Shown: positions 59,545-64,000 of the stretch, piece by piece | Numbering within the stretch: position 1 is the first letter of the stretch | Layout: the number at the start of each line of letters is the position of its first letter | Assembly: GCA_030390025.1 (NCBI GenBank) | Contig: CM059432.1 | Span: 930,001 to 994,000 of the forward strand | DNA: 64,000 bases | Direction: 5' to 3' | DNA from: Squalus acanthias | Taxonomy: Eukaryota | Translations under genes and position numbers: made by a program | The notes under the pieces: model-generated | What the model was told of the DNA's origin: nothing | Seen by the model: the letters and a program-made list of their open reading frames with translations, nothing else | Databases searched by the model: none

Positions 59545-62500
59545 AAGGATATCTCGTCGTGGCTGGAGAAGAACTTGGAGTGGGAGGGGGAGGGTCCAGT
59601 GGTTGTGGTCCAACTAGGAACCAACGACATAGGTAGAAATAGGAATGAAGTTCTGCTGAGGGAGTTTGAGCAGTTAGGGTCCAAATTAAAACGCAGACCC
59701 TCAAAGGTAATAATCTCTGGATTGTTACCTGAGCCACGTGCAAATTGGTATAGGGACAGACAGATCAGAGAGTTAAATGCGTGGCTCCAAGAGTGGTGTG
59801 GGAGGAAGGGGTTTCGGTTCATGGGGCACTGGCACCACTTAAACCAGGCTGGGACCAGTGTCTTGGCAAATCGAATGACTAGGGCGATGGATAGGGCTTT
59901 AAACTAATGAAGGGCGGGTGGGAGGATTCAGAAAAGGGTAAATTCAAAAGCAGTAAGAGAAATGTCAAGGCTGTAGAGCAGAGTAGTGATCTGGGTAAAG
60001 ATAAACAGAGTGGGTCAGCGAGGGACAGAAAGATTAATAAAGGTAATAGGGCACCAGTGACTAAAGTGACATCAGGGAAAAATAGAAAAAAGTTAAAGCT
60101 AAAGGTACTATATCTGAATGCACGAAGCTTTCGCAACAAAATAGATGAATTAATAGCACAGATAGAAATAAATGGGTTTGATTTAATAGCATTACGGAGA
60201 CATGGTGCAGAGTGAGCAAGGTTGGGAACTAAATATTCCAGGATATTTGACTTTTAGAAGAGTCAGGCAGAATGGAAAAGGAGGGGGTAGCCCTGATAAT
60301 AAAGGAGGGGATAAAGACAGTAGAGAGAAAGGATCTTGGCTCAGAAAAACAAAATGTAGAATCAGTTTGGGTAGAGCTAAGAAACAACAAGGGCCCCTAA
60401 CAGTAGTTGTAGTGTCGGGCAGAGTATAAATCAGGAAATTAGAGATGCATGTAACAGTGGTAATAAAGTAATCATGGGGGACTTTCACTTTCATATAGAC
60501 TGGGCAAACCAAATTTGCAGAAATAGTGCAGAGGAAGAGTTCATGGAATGCATTCAAGATAGTTTTCTAGATCAGTATGCCGAGCAAACTACTAAGGAAT
60601 TGGCTATTTTAGTTCTAGTATTGTGCAATGAGACAGGGTTAATTAATAACCTTGTAGTAAAGGAGCCTCTGGGGAGCAGTGATCATAATATGATAGAATT
60701 TTATGTTGCGTTTGAGAGTGATTTAGTTAAGTCCGAAACTAGTGTCCTAAATCTGAACAAAGCAAACTACGTATGTGTGAGAGGCAAGTTGGCTGAGGTA
60801 GGTTGGGAAACTAGATTAACAGATATGACAGTAGAAAAACAATGGCAAACATTTAAAGAAATAATTAATAATTCGCAATGAATATACATTCCCTTAAGGA
60901 ATAAAAACACCACGGGAAAAATGGTCCACCTGTGGCTAACGAGAAATTAAAGATAGTATTAGATTAAAGAAAGAGGCCTATAATGTTGCCAAAAAGAGTT
61001 GTAAGCCTGAGGATTGGGAGGATTTTAGAATTTAGCAAAGGAGGACCAAGAAATTAATAAAGAAAGAGAAAATAGAATACGAGAGTAAACTAGCGAGAGA
61101 CATAACAACAGACTGTAAAAGCTTCTCTTGGTATGTAAAAAGGAAAATATTAGTGAAAGTAAATGTGGGTCCCTTGCAGGCTGAGACAGGAGAAATGATA
61201 ATGGGGAATAAAGAAATGGCAGAGAAATTAAACAAATACTTTGGGCTGAATTTTGCCGGCACTCAGAGTGTGGGTTTAGAGGTGGATCCGCTGTCAAAAT
61301 CGAAATGATTGACAGTGGGTTGGGAACCTGCTGCAACCCCGCCTCCATGTAAGTTTCCAAAGTGTCAGGTCTGCGATTTCAGAACAGACCCGACACCAAG
61401 CGGCGGGGGAGGCATTTAAGATACTTAACTACTTGTTAAGTGCTTGTTAACTACTATTTTACCAGTCTTTTTCTATTTTACCACAGTTCGGAGATCACGT
61501 CAGGTAAGTAGGTTGGGTTCTCTATGTCTCCCCATTGCTGTGAATAGGTGACAGCTGCAGAAGTGGTATGAAGGCTACCATTTCATAGCTGGTCACTTTC
61601 CAATGTCAGAAGCTTGAGCCTTCAGGACTTGGAAGACACTTTTGAGCTGTATGCACTTTGGAAGTGTTTGGAGTAAACTCTCTATCCACTGTCACCTCCT
61701 TGGAGCAAGCTTTCTCACCATTGACAGATCGCTTCTGTCATCTCAACTCAGCTGCCATCTATTCCAGCAACATCGGTTTCCTTGAAAAAATCTCACCTTA
61801 GTCCTCTGAATCCATCCACGATCATCCCCAACACCAACATCACCAACAACAATACAAACCTTCTCCGCAATCACCTGATGCTTCACAGGACACATGGCAT
61901 CAGCACCCGACAACATTGCTGCCTGGGAGGCCAGCGATGGCATCATCATGGCCAGATTTACTTCACTTGACGCTGTACACTCTGGCTGCCACATGATGCG
62001 CCAGGTTAACACCACCCCACACCAACACCATAAAGCATTCCTACAATGACCAAGCCATTCTTTTCACACTCACCACCATTGCGGGGGGTACCGTTATGTC
62101 TCACCATTCACTGCTACTCACTAAGACACTTCCAAAGGTGAGCACAGATCTGTACAATAAGGCAAAGTGTTGAAAATAAAGATTTCAATGTTTGACGACA
62201 CATTAACAGAAAATTTACATGAACATTGCACAAAACACCCAAGTGCCTACCCTTGTGTGTTGTTAGTTGGCATGATTGCACTAGGATGAGTGTGAGTGTG
62301 AGGGGTAGCTAGTGAGATGGGGATGTGATAATATAGATAGAGAGGGATGGGTAGAGGTGCAAGGTAAGTTGGTGTGAGTAAGGATGTGCAGGGGTAGGGT
62401 AGGGAAGGCAGAGTGATGGGGATGTGATGAGTGGCACAGCAGGATGAGGTTGAGTGTGGCTTTGCAGTAACGTTTCGTGATCTACTGAGATCATTGAAAG

Positions 62501-64000
62501 GTTTGCGCCACTGCAGCCTGGTCCTCCTGACGACATCCCTGCTTGTGTCCTCCTGTGCAATGTGCAACCAGGCTGCGTTGGTGTCCTGGGGAGGTCTCCT
62601 CTGGCCTTGGAAGGGAAGAGAACCTCCCTGCATGTTGTGACTTCATCCATAAGCATATGGAGGAAGTCATGGGAGAGCCTGGGTGCAGCCGTGCACCTCT
62701 GTGCAGTGCTTGTCAGTGTTTGCAGCACCTCAATGCTGTAGAACACCGACAGCACAACTGTCAAAATGAATGCGGCCATGGCCCCTTTAAGGAAACCGGC
62801 TGATGACGCGTCATCAAATGACGTCATCAGACCCGCTTCCTTTTAATTGGCCGGGAACCCCGCAGGGCGGGCTTAACAAGCCCTAGTAACGGAAAATCCT
62901 TTTTACAGAGCGGCTGCAGCTGGGAGCGTGACTGGAATCTGCCAACCACCTCTCCCGCCGCGATCCCGCCTCCATGGCGAAATCGCTGCCCTTGTGTCTG
63001 TCTTCACGGAAGAAGACGCAAAAAATATTCCGGAAATAGTAGAGAACCAAGGGTCTAGTGAGAATGAAGAACTGAAAGAAATTATTATTAGTAAGGAAAT
63101 AGTACAATAGTACTTGAGAAATTAATGGGACTGAAAGCCGATAAATCCCCTGGACCTGACGGCTTACATCCTAGGGTTTTAAAAGAGGTGGTTATAGAGA
63201 TAGTTGATGCATTGGTTGTCATCTTTCAAAATTCCATAGATTCTGGAATGGTTCCCGTGGATTGGAAGGTAGCAAATGTAACCCTACTATTTAAGAAAGG
63301 AGGGAGAGAGAAAACGGGGAACTACAGCCTGACATCAGTAGTAGGGAAAATGCTAGAATCTATTATTAAGGACGTGGTAACAGGGCACTTAGAAAGTAAT
63401 AATAGGATTGGGTAGAGTCAACACGGATTTATGAAAGGGAAATCATGTTTGACAAATCTGTTAGAGTAATTTGAGGTTGTAACTAGCAGGATAGATAAGG
63501 GGGAACCAGTGGATGTGGTGTATTTGGATTTTCAGAAGGCATTCGATAAGGTGCCACACAAGAGGCTATGAAACAAAATAAGGATTGGGGGTAATATACG
63601 AGCATGGATTGAGGATTGGTTAACGGACAGAAAACAGAGAGTAGGAATAAACGGATCATTTTCGGGTTGGCAGGCTGTAACTAGTGGGGTACCATAAGGA
63701 TCAGTGCTTGGGCCTCACCTATTTACAATCTCTATCAATGATTTGGATGAGGGGACCAAATGTAATATATCCAAGTTTGCTGATGATACAAAGCTGGGTG
63801 GGAATGTAAGTTGTGAGGAGGATGCAAAGAGGCTGCAAGGGGATATAGACAGGTTATGTGAGTGGGCAAGAACTTGGCAAATGGAATATAATGTGGAGAA
63901 ATGTGAAGTTATCCACTTTGGTTAAAAAAAGTAGAAAATCAGTGTATTATTTAAATGGTGAGATTGGGAAATGTTGGTGTTCAGATGGACCTGGGTGTCC
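59545..64000 (+). mobile_element. Degenerate CR1 LINE (ORF1 esterase, endonuclease, RT), running off the window
   Basis: LGTNDIG (59575-59907), YLNARS, MGDF...SDH, KFADDTK. Confidence 0.9.
61243..62991. mobile_element. PIF/Harbinger deletion derivative with a Myb/SANT-like ORF remnant (minus strand, about 62478-62700)
   Basis: ends GGGCTGAATTTTGCC / GGCGAAATCGCTGCCC inside CR1 aaatacttt|gtgtctg; APRLSHDFLHMLMDEV..REVLFP / AAWLHIAQE..RRTRLQWRKPFNDL. Confidence 0.8.

Overview
Eukaryotic, repeat-dense vertebrate genomic DNA. The repeat families suggest a shark or other cartilaginous fish (inference). The window lies inside one large + strand gene, laminin subunit alpha-3 (LAMA3, long alpha3B-type N-terminal arm). 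I traced 18 GT-AG exons by hand (3015-54402). They join in a continuous frame: LE/EGF repeats, the globular domain IV-type region, then more LE repeats. The most notable observation is a tandem pair of homologous, frame-incompatible exons at 10797-10935 and 11171-11303. The first resembles the matching LAMA5 exon and the second the mammalian LAMA3 exon, so they are candidate mutually exclusive exons. TGCATG and UGG-rich motifs surround them. Introns hold CR1 LINEs (some near full length, with ORF1 esterase, endonuclease and RT), L2 and Tx1 fragments, tRNA-derived SINEs, two solo LTRs, PIF/Harbinger-type TIR elements (one with a Myb/SANT remnant), hAT MITEs, Penelope-like remnants with degenerate hammerhead cores, and mini/microsatellites. 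Protein comparisons are from memory, not database searches, and most repeat boundaries are approximate.
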